Shown in pieces: positions 6,474 to 17,113 of a DNA stretch of 64,000 nucleotides; position 1 is the first letter of the stretch; every line of letters starts with the position of its first letter. The stretch lies in the IMG/VR virus record IMGVR_UViG_3300027969_000045. One strand, written 5' to 3'. The notes beneath the pieces were generated by a model, which was not told the origin of the DNA, ran no database searches, and saw nothing but the letters and a program-made list of their open reading frames with translations. A program made the translations under genes and the position numbers. The DNA is from a virus.

Positions 6474-7520
6474 ATGAGTCAATATAAAAAAACTGCACTT
6501 GTTCTTGGTGCGGGTGGCTTTATTGGAAGTCATATGGTAAAACGATTGAGATCCGAAGGATATTGGGTCACCGGAGTAGATGTTAAACTCCCAGAATATT
6601 CTAAAAGTGAAGCAAATGAATTCATCCTTGGAGATTTGACAAATCAATTATTTACTGATAAAGTAATAATGTTTAAAGGATATCAACAAAACTTTTATAA
6701 ATTTGTCCCATCCAAATACATATCAGCATTTGATGAAATATATCAATTTGCCGCTGATATGGGAGGTGCTGGATATATTTTTACTGGAGAAAACGATGCT
6801 GATGTGATGAACAATTCTTGTTCTATCAATTTGAATATTCTTCGCTCGGTTAAAAATTTAAATGACAATCTTGGCGTGAATAAAACAAAAATATTTTATT
6901 CGTCATCAGCGTGTATGTATCCAGAGCACAATCAATTAGATCCTAATAATCCAAACTGCCGTGAAGAATCTGCTTATCCCGCTAGCCCAGACTCTGAATA
7001 TGGATGGGAAAAACTTTTTTCAGAACGTCTTTACTTTGCGTACAATAGGAATTATAATATACCTGTGCGTGTATGTCGCTACCATAACATCTTTGGCCCC
7101 GAAGGGACCTGGAAAGGCGGAAAAGAAAAATCCCCAGCAGCAATTTGTCGCAAAGTAGCAGAACTTCCTGATCTTGGTGGATCCATTGAAGTTTGGGGTG
7201 ATGGGGAGCAAACTCGTTCGTTCCTTTATATCAATGAATGTATTGAAGCGACACGAAGATTGATGGAATCTGATTTTATGGGACCAGTCAATATTGGATC
7301 TGAAGAGATGGTAACAATCAATCAACTTGTGGATATTACTGCTAAAGTTTCCAGCAAAACAGTACAGAAAAGATATAAATTGGATGCTCCCCTTGGTGTC
7401 CGTGGTCGTAATTCTAATAATGACTTAATTCGTAAAGAACTCGGTTGGGATTATAGTATGACTTTAGAAGAGGGTATTACAAAAACTTACAAATGGATTG
7501 AGGAACAATTAAATGGTTGA
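6474..7520 (+). CDS. GDP-mannose 3,5-epimerase-like NAD-dependent epimerase
   Basis: GAGGFIG, AADMGGAGYI, SSACMYP, YGWEK, PAAICRK, WGDGEQTRSF and GVRGRNS motifs. Confidence 0.85.
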   Translation: MSQYKKTALVLGAGGFIGSHMVKRLRSEGYWVTGVDVKLPEYSKSEANEFILGDLTNQLFTDKVIMFKGYQQNFYKFVPSKYISAFDEIYQFAADMGGAGYIFTGENDADVMNNSCSINLNILRSVKNLNDNLGVNKTKIFYSSSACMYPEHNQLDPNNPNCREESAYPASPDSEYGWEKLFSERLYFAYNRNYNIPVRVCRYHNIFGPEGTWKGGKEKSPAAICRKVAELPDLGGSIEVWGDGEQTRSFLYINECIEATRRLMESDFMGPVNIGSEEMVTINQLVDITAKVSSKTVQKRYKLDAPLGVRGRNSNNDLIRKELGWDYSMTLEEGITKTYKWIEEQLNG

Positions 7521-8166
7521 AAATTTTTCTTGGAGTGATAATAGAAGAGAAGATTGGAGAGATTATGTCCGTTCTTTGGAAAATGATAATATAAGTGAAA
7601 TTCTTGGAGCAATTCCATCAGGATGGAATGTACCACCAAAAAGTCATAATGAATTTGTGATTTGGTTGATGAATAGAATTGATCCAAAATTAACTGTAGA
7701 ACTTGGAGTTGATTGGGGATATTCATCTTTTATGCTTGCTTTGAATACAAAAAATGAGGTTGTTGGTATTGATTGTTTTGATATTTCAAAACATAGTTTA
7801 AGAAAAGATGATGACTATCAATTTGTTATGGACATAAAAGAAAAACTAAAACTTGATAACTTAGAAATTATTAAAGGATATTTTGACGATGTAGCAAAAA
7901 CTTGGAATAAAGAAATCAATCTTCTTCATATTGATGGTCTTCACGATTATAATAATTGTAAAAATGATTGCGATACCTGGGCGCCATTTTTGGAAGAAAG
8001 AGGTGTAGTATTATTCCACGATACTATTTCAAATCCAGATGGAGTTGGACTTTTCTTTTCTCAACTTGAACTTCCAAAAGTGAATTTTACCAATTCTTGT
8101 GGATTGGGTGTTGCTTCAAATGATGTTAAATTGATTGAAGAAATTAAACAAGTTTTTAAACTATGA
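7513..8166 (+). CDS. Class I SAM-dependent methyltransferase (Methyltransf_24-like)
   Basis: VELGVDWGYS, LHIDGLH and LFHDT motifs. Confidence 0.85.
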   Translation: MVENFSWSDNRREDWRDYVRSLENDNISEILGAIPSGWNVPPKSHNEFVIWLMNRIDPKLTVELGVDWGYSSFMLALNTKNEVVGIDCFDISKHSLRKDDDYQFVMDIKEKLKLDNLEIIKGYFDDVAKTWNKEINLLHIDGLHDYNNCKNDCDTWAPFLEERGVVLFHDTISNPDGVGLFFSQLELPKVNFTNSCGLGVASNDVKLIEEIKQVFKL

Positions 8167-8699
8167 TTAAACTTATAATCCTTGATGTGGATGGTGTTCT
8201 TACTGATGGCACCAAATATTATGATCATGATGGGAAAGTAGTTCTTAAACTTTTCTGTGATAAGGATTGGACTGCAATTAAAAGGTTTCGTGCTATTGGA
8301 ATTCCAGTTGTTTTTATAACTGGCGATCCTTATAATGAGATCATTCTTAAGAATAGAAATCTCCCTGTTGTAGTGAATCGTGGCGAAGGATTTCATAAAG
8401 ACAAAGTAAATTATCTTGCAGAAGTTCTTGATGATTACAATTGTCTTGTAGAAGAAGTTGTTTATCTTGGAGATGATCTTTTTGATTATGGTATAATGAG
8501 AGAGGTTGGATATCCTTATTGTGTGTTAAATTCACCAAGAACTCTTCAAGACATTTCTGTAGTTCTTCACTGTAATGGTGGAGAAAATGCAGTGATGTGT
8601 TTGTTTGAATATCTGGAGGATAGAGAATTGATTCCGGTTGTTCCTTATGATGAGGTAATGTCTAAAATTTATGAACTTGACTTGAAGGAAAACTTTTAA
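8163..8699 (+). CDS. KdsC-like HAD phosphatase
   Basis: IILDVDGVLTDG and YLGDDLFD motifs. Confidence 0.85.
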   Translation: MIKLIILDVDGVLTDGTKYYDHDGKVVLKLFCDKDWTAIKRFRAIGIPVVFITGDPYNEIILKNRNLPVVVNRGEGFHKDKVNYLAEVLDDYNCLVEEVVYLGDDLFDYGIMREVGYPYCVLNSPRTLQDISVVLHCNGGENAVMCLFEYLEDRELIPVVPYDEVMSKIYELDLKENF

Positions 8700-9370
8700 T
8701 GAAAGACATTTCTCTTTATGGGCATCTGACTATTGATACGATTCTTGACGGTAATTCTGAAAAGAAAAGTTTAGGATCAATGGCAAATGTTTGGAGATCT
8801 TTACTTGAGATTGATTCAACATTAAATATTGGACTTTCTCCAATTGATGTTGGTCAAGCACTTGTTTATATTGATAAACTTTCAGCACAAAGGTATTCAA
8901 AAGCAAATTTAAATCTAGTTCAACACAAAGTAAAAATCTTCGAATCAAAAGTTCACCATCTAATTTATCTCAATGAAATGTCTATTCATGATTTTATTCC
9001 AAAACTGAATGGTATTATCACTGCAGATATATGTTCTGGAAAATCATTGAATAAAGATTTACTTAAGGGTGTAGATTATCTTTTTATTTCTGATGAAGAT
9101 ATTGATGGCAATCTTTCAGATTACGTGAATACAATAAAGGGGTATGTGATACTTCATAGTTCATCAGGAAGCATTGTATCAAATGGAAAAGATGAGTTTT
9201 TCTATAAACTGCCTAAAGATTTAATACTGAAAGGTGTTAATGTTCTTGGTGCTGGTGATACATTTGCGTCTTGTTTCTTATATAAATTACTAAGGAATGA
9301 AGGAAGCATCCACAACTGGATCGAATTTGCTCATTTAAAGACAACTGAAATTATTAGGAATTCGATATGA
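8699..9370 (+). CDS. PfkB/ribokinase-family carbohydrate kinase (short, lacking the lid)
   Basis: NVLGAGDTF signature; N-terminal G-x-x-x-x-D. Confidence 0.8.
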   Translation: MKDISLYGHLTIDTILDGNSEKKSLGSMANVWRSLLEIDSTLNIGLSPIDVGQALVYIDKLSAQRYSKANLNLVQHKVKIFESKVHHLIYLNEMSIHDFIPKLNGIITADICSGKSLNKDLLKGVDYLFISDEDIDGNLSDYVNTIKGYVILHSSSGSIVSNGKDEFFYKLPKDLILKGVNVLGAGDTFASCFLYKLLRNEGSIHNWIEFAHLKTTEIIRNSI

Positions 9371-10524
9371 AACCAAATATTCTTGTTCCGATGGCGGGAC
9401 TTGGTAGTAGATTTATTAAAGAAGGATTTAAAGTACCAAAGCAGTTAATTAATATCAAAGACAAACATCTAATTGATATTTCGCTTGATTGTTTGAACTA
9501 TGAAGATTGTAATCTAATCTTCGTGGTTAGGGATGAAACTGTTTATAATTTTCATATTGATGAACTCCTAAAGAAAAAGTTTGGTGAAGATATCAAGATT
9601 GTTATTATTGATAAACTTACTGATGGATCTGTGAGCAGTTGTCTGTATGCAGAAGAATATATTGATAATGATGCGCCTCTTGTAATTCATACTCTAGATA
9701 TTGAATTCCGTCCAGTATTTGATCCGCATACTATTAATAACTTGAATGCAGATGGACTCCTTTTGACATTTAAATCAAATTCTGCAAATTATAGTTATGC
9801 TGATGTTAATGAAGATGGATATGTAAAAAGAACTGCTGAAAAGAAAGCAATTAGTTCTAATGCCTGTGTTGGTATCTATGGATTCAAAAAAGGATCCGAC
9901 TTCTGCAAGTATGCAAAGGAAATGATCGAAAGAGATATTAGAACTAATAATGAGTTTTATATTGCACCTTTGTATAATCTTCTTATTGATGATTGTAAGA
10001 AAATCGTTACTTCGGATGTAGATAAAATGCATGTATTTGGAACTCCTGATGAGTTTCATTTCTACAAAGAAAATGTCATTCGTAAGGTTGGTGATAAACC
10101 AATTGCTATTTGCTCAGACCATTCTGGATTTGAATCAAAGGAAAAGTTTAAACATATTCTAGAAAAACACAATCTTGAGTATATTGATTTTGGAACTATC
10201 TTGAATAAGGATTGTGATTATAGTGATTATATTGCACAAGCAGTTAAAGCAATTGCTGAGCGTGATTGTGATTATGGATTTGGTTTCTGTAGAACAGGTC
10301 AAGGTGTGAATATTTGTGCTAACAAATACAAAGGTATTCGTTCAGCACTTATCTATGATGATTTCTCTATGGAGATGGCAATCCGACATAATTGTGCTAA
10401 CTTTTTTGCAATTCCTGCAAAAGATTATACTATCGAAAAAATGGATAAGTATTTGGAAATCTGTTCTACTCATAACTTTGATGGCGGTCGTCATCAGGTT
10501 CGTATTCAGGAATTAGAAAAATGA
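9367..10524 (+). CDS. Sugar-phosphate nucleotidyltransferase fused to an RpiB/LacAB isomerase
   Basis: N-terminal PMAGLGSRF..PK..EK..GTP; C-terminal SDHSG, CRTGQG, ANK, RHN and FDGGRH RpiB motifs. Confidence 0.88.
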   Translation: MKPNILVPMAGLGSRFIKEGFKVPKQLINIKDKHLIDISLDCLNYEDCNLIFVVRDETVYNFHIDELLKKKFGEDIKIVIIDKLTDGSVSSCLYAEEYIDNDAPLVIHTLDIEFRPVFDPHTINNLNADGLLLTFKSNSANYSYADVNEDGYVKRTAEKKAISSNACVGIYGFKKGSDFCKYAKEMIERDIRTNNEFYIAPLYNLLIDDCKKIVTSDVDKMHVFGTPDEFHFYKENVIRKVGDKPIAICSDHSGFESKEKFKHILEKHNLEYIDFGTILNKDCDYSDYIAQAVKAIAERDCDYGFGFCRTGQGVNICANKYKGIRSALIYDDFSMEMAIRHNCANFFAIPAKDYTIEKMDKYLEICSTHNFDGGRHQVRIQELEK

Positions 10525-10841
10525 TTCAAGCAAATATTGTTGACTTTAAAGCAGGATGGTTTGTTGGGGACTTTGAACCATCTATTTTTAAGAATCCATT
10601 TTTTGAAGTTGCACACCATTCTCACACAAAAGGTCAACAAACTTTTCCTCATTACCATGCAGTCACTAATGAACTTAACTACATTGTAAAAGGTGAACTA
10701 ATAGTATCTGGAAAGCATTTGAATGCAGGTAATATGTGGATCTATGAACCAAAGGAAATTTCTGATGTTGAGTTCTTGAGTGATGTTGATCTTATAGTAG
10801 TGAGATGGCCGTCTATTCCTTCGGATAAGTATATGGTATGA
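10521..10841 (+). CDS. Cupin-domain protein
   Basis: GWFVGDF, HYH...ELNYIVKG. Confidence 0.75.
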   Translation: MIQANIVDFKAGWFVGDFEPSIFKNPFFEVAHHSHTKGQQTFPHYHAVTNELNYIVKGELIVSGKHLNAGNMWIYEPKEISDVEFLSDVDLIVVRWPSIPSDKYMV

Positions 10842-11305
10842 AACTGATAGCACATAGAGGTAATATTGTAGGACCTAATCCTCTAGAGGAGAATAAACTA
10901 GAATACATTGAAGCAGCAATTGCAGGTGGATATGATGTTGAGATTGATGTAAGATGGGAAGATCATCAGTTTTATTTGGGACATGATGGACCACAATATT
11001 ATGTCCCTATGACTTGGTTAGTTAAAAGAAAAGATAAACTTTGGATTCATTGTAAAGATTTTAAATCTTTGAATATTTTTTCTAATAGTCCAATAGATTT
11101 TAACTTTTTTTGGCATGAAAACGATAAGTATACTTTGACTAGTAAAGGTTATATTTGGACTTATCCTGGGCAATTATTTGAAAATAATTCTGTTATTGTA
11201 ATGCCAGAAGTATTCGACTTGCAAAATATTCAAGATAATGGTACAATAGCATACAGCAAAAAATCTTTTGCTGTATGTAGTGACTATGTGGAAAAATTTA
11301 AATGA
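10838..11305 (+). CDS. Short glycerophosphodiester phosphodiesterase-like protein
   Basis: IAHRGN, EN, VEIDV, LGHD, HCK and CSD motifs. Confidence 0.8.
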   Translation: MKLIAHRGNIVGPNPLEENKLEYIEAAIAGGYDVEIDVRWEDHQFYLGHDGPQYYVPMTWLVKRKDKLWIHCKDFKSLNIFSNSPIDFNFFWHENDKYTLTSKGYIWTYPGQLFENNSVIVMPEVFDLQNIQDNGTIAYSKKSFAVCSDYVEKFK

Positions 11306-11913
11306 CATCTACGATTTCCCCAGTATTTAAAGAATTAAAACAATATGATAAAATTAATGTTATAGATGTTGGATCTGCAAGAGCATCTTTTTTGGTAGAA
11401 TTGGAAAAATCCTTTGATCTAAAAAATGTTTATTCTATAGGAATTGATCCAATTGATTATGGAGTAGAATCTCATTATGATAAGTTTTATCGTGTTTGTC
11501 TGGATGACGTTAAAACTCCTCAAAAGCAAATATTTTATAACGATGATCAATCCTCTTCGCTGCTTTCTTCCAAAGGTGAAAAAATGGGCTTGGTTGACAT
11601 TTTAAATATCAATAGCATTATCGATGTTGATATACCAGAAAATATTATACATTTTATTAAAATAGATGCAGAAGGAAAGGATTTGTCTATTGTAAAATCT
11701 TTATCAAAACAAAATTTAAATAGAACAAAATTTATTGCAATAGAATGTCCAAATAAAATTCCAAGATATGATGGCGAATATATTAAAAAAGATTGTATTG
11801 AATATTTTAATTCTATAAATTTTGAATTTTTTTATGAATACGATACTAATATTGAATCTTGGAACAAATCAGATTTGAGTGATGTCGTTTTTATAAACAA
11901 ACGAGAATTATGA
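11302..11913 (+). CDS. FkbM-family methyltransferase
   Basis: IDVGSA and FIKIDAEG motifs. Confidence 0.75.
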   Translation: MTSTISPVFKELKQYDKINVIDVGSARASFLVELEKSFDLKNVYSIGIDPIDYGVESHYDKFYRVCLDDVKTPQKQIFYNDDQSSSLLSSKGEKMGLVDILNINSIIDVDIPENIIHFIKIDAEGKDLSIVKSLSKQNLNRTKFIAIECPNKIPRYDGEYIKKDCIEYFNSINFEFFYEYDTNIESWNKSDLSDVVFINKREL

Positions 11914-12650
11914 AAGTAGCATTATGTTTATCCGGTCAACCAAGAGTAGTTGACATTGGGTTTCAAAAACTAAGCCAATCAATTCTTCAGCACAATGATG
12001 TTGATGTGTTTATTCATACTTGGTTTGATCCTGAAAATCTTAGTACAAATTCTGTCATTCCTGGCAGAGAATCTCATAGGTTAGATCCTCAAGCAATTGA
12101 TAAATTGATTCATTATTATCAACCAAAACGCATTATGGTTGAAAAACCAAAAAAGTGGTCAAAAAGATATGAGTTTCCTGATAAGGTTTTTACACATTCG
12201 CATACTTGGGCACTTGAAGTTCCTGTAGGATTGGAAGCGGCAAAAGATTATATTTGTGATACTACAAATAGTATGTTTTATAGTATTATGATGTCAAATC
12301 TTTTGAAGGAGCAATATTCAACAGAAATCGGAATTGAATATGATTTAGTAATTCGAAATAGAATTGACTATTCTCCTCATGTAGTGCTAAAATTGAATGA
12401 GATTCCAATAGATGATTGTACACTAATATATCAAGATCTATATCAACCTGATGGTATGATTAGTGATTGGTTTGGTATGGGATCAACAAACACTATGAAT
12501 GTTTTTTGTGGCGTATATAATCAAATAGGTCATCTCATCCGACAATCAAATGAAGTTGATGGATATTGGTGCAATGAACTTCTTCTTAAACATCATATCA
12601 AAAATAATAAAATTAAAACAAATCCTATAGACTATCAAGTTCACTATTAA
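11910..12650 (+). CDS. Putative glycosyltransferase-like protein (ALCLSGQPR family)
   Basis: [21 protein letters not shown] and YDLVIRxRxD; sits in the glycan island. Confidence 0.6.
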   Translation: MKVALCLSGQPRVVDIGFQKLSQSILQHNDVDVFIHTWFDPENLSTNSVIPGRESHRLDPQAIDKLIHYYQPKRIMVEKPKKWSKRYEFPDKVFTHSHTWALEVPVGLEAAKDYICDTTNSMFYSIMMSNLLKEQYSTEIGIEYDLVIRNRIDYSPHVVLKLNEIPIDDCTLIYQDLYQPDGMISDWFGMGSTNTMNVFCGVYNQIGHLIRQSNEVDGYWCNELLLKHHIKNNKIKTNPIDYQVHY

Positions 12651-12651
12651 C

Positions 12652-13677
12652 ATGAAGAAAGCACTTATTACTGGCATTACTGGTCAAGATGGATCATATC
12701 TTGCGGATTTACTTTTGAGCAAAGGATATGAAGTTCATGGAATTATTCGTAGAAATTCAACATCAGATTGTACTGATAGAATTAATTATCTTTTAGGAAA
12801 TCCCAAAATCACTTTACATTACGGAGATCTAACTGATTTCTCAAATATTACATCTATCATTCAAGAAACTCGTCCTGATGAGATCTATAATCTTGCAGCA
12901 CAAAGTCATGTAAAAGTATCTTTTTCCAATGCACTTTATACTGCTGATGTAGATGCTTTAGGTGTTTGTCGTATTCTTGAAGCACTACGAATTCTTGGCA
13001 TGATTAATACGACCAAGTTTTATCAGGCAAGCACTTCAGAAATGTATGGTCTTGTTCAAGAAATTCCTCAACGTGAAGGTACAAAATTTCATCCAAGATC
13101 TCCTTATGGTGTGGCAAAACTTTATGCTTATTGGATTACTAAAAACTATCGTGAAGCATATGGTTTGTTTGGATGTAACGGAATTCTTTTTAATCATGAA
13201 AGTCCTCGTCGCGGAGAAACTTTTGTGACTCGTAAGATTACTAAAACTCTTGCAGAGATCAAGAATGGTAAACGTAGTCTACCATTAGAACTTGGTAATA
13301 TAGACGCAAAACGTGATTGGGGTCATGCAAAAGATTATGTGGAGGCAATGTGGTTAATACTTCAACGTAATAAACCAGATGATTATGTTGTTGCAATGGG
13401 TGAACAGCATTCTGTTCGTGAATTTGTTGAGATTGCCTGTGAACATTTTGGATTTGATATTGAATGGAAAGGAGAGGGAATAGAGGAGGTGGCAGTCTTT
13501 AGAAATACAAATAATGTTCTTATAAAAATTAATTCAGAATTTTATCGTCCTGCTGAAGTTGATTCTCTTGTTGGTGATTCTAGTTATACTAAAAGCAGAA
13601 TTGGTTGGATTCCCAGATACTCTTTTTCTGATCTTGTAACGGAAATGTGCGATAGTGATTTGGAGGCAACAAAGTGA
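12652..13677 (+). CDS. gmd: GDP-mannose 4,6-dehydratase
   Basis: [45 protein letters not shown] and RDWGHA motifs. Confidence 0.95.
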   Translation: MKKALITGITGQDGSYLADLLLSKGYEVHGIIRRNSTSDCTDRINYLLGNPKITLHYGDLTDFSNITSIIQETRPDEIYNLAAQSHVKVSFSNALYTADVDALGVCRILEALRILGMINTTKFYQASTSEMYGLVQEIPQREGTKFHPRSPYGVAKLYAYWITKNYREAYGLFGCNGILFNHESPRRGETFVTRKITKTLAEIKNGKRSLPLELGNIDAKRDWGHAKDYVEAMWLILQRNKPDDYVVAMGEQHSVREFVEIACEHFGFDIEWKGEGIEEVAVFRNTNNVLIKINSEFYRPAEVDSLVGDSSYTKSRIGWIPRYSFSDLVTEMCDSDLEATK

Positions 13678-14603
13678 AGAAAAGGATTGTATTTTGGGTA
13701 GAAAATAAACCATATCAAACTTTTTCTTACATCTATGCTGGAATGAAAAAAGCATTTGAAAGATTGGGTTGTGAAACATATTGGTTTAGTGATTCTAATT
13801 ATCCTTCAAAATTGGAGTTTGATTACTCGGATTGTATTTTTTTTGTAGATAATCAAGGTCCACTTGATTGGAATGTTCCTATTATTGATAGTGGAATTTA
13901 TTTTTCTTATGATAAATTTACAAATCTGGATAAGTATCTTGATAAGGTCAAGTGTCTTGTGAATTATCGAGTTGCTGAATTCAAAAAACCAATTCCGGAT
14001 AATGATAGGTATATTGAAGTTGAAAAAGGAGTTACTTTTGATACTCAAGCACCAGAACCTTATAATGTTGTTTATTTTAGTTGGGCAACTAATTTGCTTC
14101 CTGATGAAATTGATTTTGATTGGGCCAATAAACAGAGAAATGATGAATATAATTTTGTTGGTACTATTCATTCTCCCCGTCCAAATTCCAAACCCCTTCA
14201 TCAAGATTTTATTGATATTGTAAAAAATAAAAATATTACATTCAATCATTATAATCCTAATATTAATCCTGCAACTGATCAGGAACATATTGAGATTCTT
14301 CAAAAATCGATGTTTGTTCCAGATTTTAGACCACAAGAACAAAAAGATAATTGGTATGTTTCATGTCGTGTTTTGAAGGCAATTAGTTATGGTTGTCTTA
14401 CTGTTTCGGATTCTTCTTATCTTAAACACTTTATTGATGATAGTCTTTTGGTTTCTGAAAATGCTCAAGAAATATTTGATCTTGGAATGAGAAATCAGTA
14501 TAATAAAGATTTAATTGTACATCAAATGGAAATTATAAAAAGAGATCATACTTATTTAAATAGGTGCAAAGGTATTCTTCAAATCGTAGAAAATATAAAA
14601 TGA
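13674..14603 (+). CDS. Putative GT-B glycosyltransferase
   Basis: FVGT, R-x-x-x-AISYG and C-terminal HTYLNR motifs, typical of CgeB-like GTs. Confidence 0.6.
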   Translation: MKKRIVFWVENKPYQTFSYIYAGMKKAFERLGCETYWFSDSNYPSKLEFDYSDCIFFVDNQGPLDWNVPIIDSGIYFSYDKFTNLDKYLDKVKCLVNYRVAEFKKPIPDNDRYIEVEKGVTFDTQAPEPYNVVYFSWATNLLPDEIDFDWANKQRNDEYNFVGTIHSPRPNSKPLHQDFIDIVKNKNITFNHYNPNINPATDQEHIEILQKSMFVPDFRPQEQKDNWYVSCRVLKAISYGCLTVSDSSYLKHFIDDSLLVSENAQEIFDLGMRNQYNKDLIVHQMEIIKRDHTYLNRCKGILQIVENIK

Positions 14604-15457
14604 AAATTACAATTTTAGGTTCCAGTGGACAGATCGGTGCCTATCTTACCGAGTATCTGCGTAAAAAAGGACATGTAGTTGAAGAGTTTGATGTAGTTAA
14701 TGGACCTTCACAGGATATGACCGTAATTCCTAATCAATATCTTGAAATAAAAATTAGAGATTCTGATTTTGTATTCTTCCTTGCATTTGATGTGGGTGGA
14801 TCACGTTATCTTAAAAAGTATCAACATACTTTCCAGTTCATTGATAATAATACTCGTTTGATGGCAAATGCTTTTGGATTTCTTCAAAAGTATAATAAGA
14901 GGTTCATCTTTGCCTCATCTCAGATGAGTAACATGAGTTATTCTCCTTATGGAGTTCTCAAGAACGTTGGTGAACTGTATACCAAATCACTTAAAGGACT
15001 GATCGTTAAGTTTTGGAATGTTTATGGTATTGAGAAAGATCAAGAAAAAGCACACGTCATCACAGACTTTATTCGTAAAGGATTTGAGACTGGTTTGATT
15101 GATATGCTTACTGATGGCGAAGAGGAACGTGAGTTTCTTTATGCTGAAGATTGTTGTGAAGCACTTGAAACCATTATGGAGAATTATACTGACTTTACCT
15201 CAGAAGATAATCTTCATATTACTAGTTACCATCCAACTAAGATTATTGATATTGCAAATATGATTATTGGGCAATTTAATTTGATTGGTAAGTATGATAT
15301 AAAACTTCAACCATCTACCGAAAAAGATAGTGTTCAGATGGATAAAAAGAATCGTCCAGATTTATATCTTTCTAAGTGGTGGATTCCCAAAACAACAATA
15401 GATCAAGGAATTTCAAAAGTTTTTAAAAGTATGGAGAAAAATTATGTTAGCGTGTAA
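14600..15457 (+). CDS. NAD-dependent epimerase/dehydratase
   Basis: GSSGQIG, YGVLK, NVYG and REFLY; start at ATG 14600. Confidence 0.85.
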   Translation: MKITILGSSGQIGAYLTEYLRKKGHVVEEFDVVNGPSQDMTVIPNQYLEIKIRDSDFVFFLAFDVGGSRYLKKYQHTFQFIDNNTRLMANAFGFLQKYNKRFIFASSQMSNMSYSPYGVLKNVGELYTKSLKGLIVKFWNVYGIEKDQEKAHVITDFIRKGFETGLIDMLTDGEEEREFLYAEDCCEALETIMENYTDFTSEDNLHITSYHPTKIIDIANMIIGQFNLIGKYDIKLQPSTEKDSVQMDKKNRPDLYLSKWWIPKTTIDQGISKVFKSMEKNYVSV

Positions 15458-16286
15458 TCAACTTGGCAATAATGGAAGACTTGGGAATCAAATGTTCCAA
15501 TATGCTGCACTAAAAGGTATCGCACATCGTAGAGGATTTGATTATTGTATTCCCCCATTTGACCAACAAGGAATTGATAATTATGGACTTGGTGATGCCT
15601 TTAATATTAAATCTTTTACTGGTATAGCAAATCTTCCATCAGTTGGAGAACCTCATTTTCATTACAGTGAAGAATTTCACAATACTTGTCCAGATGATGT
15701 TACTCTTGTTGGATATTTCCAAACTGAAAAATATTTCAAAGATATTGAAGACCAAATCCGCCAAGACTTTATTTTTAGAGATGAATGGATGGAACCCTGT
15801 AAGGGGTTTCTTCAAGAGTTTGAGGGACAAGAGATCGCTTTCCTTCATGTTCGCCGTGGAGATCCAAATCTAGTGGATCGTAGGGGATTTAAATGGGCAT
15901 ACGTGAATTGTTCCGATCAACATCCAGTTCAATCTTTGGAATATTATGAGGAGGCAATCAAGAGATTGCCAGAAGATATGCCGATACTTGTTTTTTCTGA
16001 TTCAATTGAATGGTGTAAAGAACAAGAATTCTTTCAACCAGATAGATTTTTATTTTCGGAATCAGAAGACAAATATTCAGATGGCGCTTTGGTTCCATAT
16101 GTTGATTTGTGCTTGATGTCCTTGTGTGATCATGCTATAATTGCTAATAGTAGTATGAGTTGGTGGGGTGCTTGGTTGATGAAAAATCCAAACAAAAAAG
16201 TAATCGCACCAAAAATGTGGTTTGGAACAGCATATTCTCACCACATCACAAAAGACATTTACTGCGATAATTGGGAGATTATTTGA
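15444..16286 (+). CDS. Alpha-1,2-fucosyltransferase-like protein (GT11)
   Basis: GRLGNQMFQYA, GYFQ, HVRRGD, FSD and NSSMSWWGAW motifs. Confidence 0.92.
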   Translation: MLACNQLGNNGRLGNQMFQYAALKGIAHRRGFDYCIPPFDQQGIDNYGLGDAFNIKSFTGIANLPSVGEPHFHYSEEFHNTCPDDVTLVGYFQTEKYFKDIEDQIRQDFIFRDEWMEPCKGFLQEFEGQEIAFLHVRRGDPNLVDRRGFKWAYVNCSDQHPVQSLEYYEEAIKRLPEDMPILVFSDSIEWCKEQEFFQPDRFLFSESEDKYSDGALVPYVDLCLMSLCDHAIIANSSMSWWGAWLMKNPNKKVIAPKMWFGTAYSHHITKDIYCDNWEII

Positions 16287-17113
16287 TGATTTATATTTCT
16301 GGGTCTAATGGATTGATCGGAACAGAACTGACAAAAAATATTCAAAACTATATTCCAATCTCTTATAGGAATCAATATCCAGAAATAAATTTTTTATCGA
16401 ATTCTACATTGATTCATTTATCTTCATCAACCACTCCTAGAAATAGTTTTGGTGAATTGCAATCATCATTTAATAGTGATGTTTTGATTCCTTTTGAATT
16501 GTTTCAAAATTATTTAAAAGTAAATTCAAATGGAAGAATTATTTTTCTTTCTACTGCTGGGGATTTACATAGTTCTGAATTTGATGTTTGGTCTAATGAA
16601 GAATCAGAACCTATTCCAAAGTCAATTTATGGCGCACATAAATTACTTTTAGAACATTGTACAAAGTTACTTCATAGTCAATATGATTTTACGAGTATAG
16701 TTTTAAGAACTACAAATGTTTATGGTGGAAAGATTGACCCAAAAAGAGTGAATGGATTGATTGATAAATTGATTTCAAATAATAATGAAATCGTAATAAC
16801 ATCAAATATTAAAACGACAGTTAATTTTATTCATATTAGTGATTTGATTAGTTTAATTTTGCAATCATTGGATGCGAATCTTAAAGGATTTAATTTATTT
16901 TTGGTTGGCAGTGAAAAATCCATTTCTATTCAGGATTTGATTGAAAAAATATCATCATATATTTCTCCAAATATTGTATTTAAAAATGAGAATTCAAATC
17001 CCTCATACATAAACATAGACACCTCAAAGGTGCAAAAATATCTCAATTGGAAATGCAAATATTCAATTGATAGTGGTATAATTAAACAAGTACAATCTTT
17101 GAATTCTTTATGA
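16286..17113 (+). CDS. NAD-dependent epimerase/reductase (extended SDR)
   Basis: GSNGLIG, YGAHK, NVYG and FIHISD motifs. Confidence 0.8.
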   Translation: MIYISGSNGLIGTELTKNIQNYIPISYRNQYPEINFLSNSTLIHLSSSTTPRNSFGELQSSFNSDVLIPFELFQNYLKVNSNGRIIFLSTAGDLHSSEFDVWSNEESEPIPKSIYGAHKLLLEHCTKLLHSQYDFTSIVLRTTNVYGGKIDPKRVNGLIDKLISNNNEIVITSNIKTTVNFIHISDLISLILQSLDANLKGFNLFLVGSEKSISIQDLIEKISSYISPNIVFKNENSNPSYINIDTSKVQKYLNWKCKYSIDSGIIKQVQSLNSL

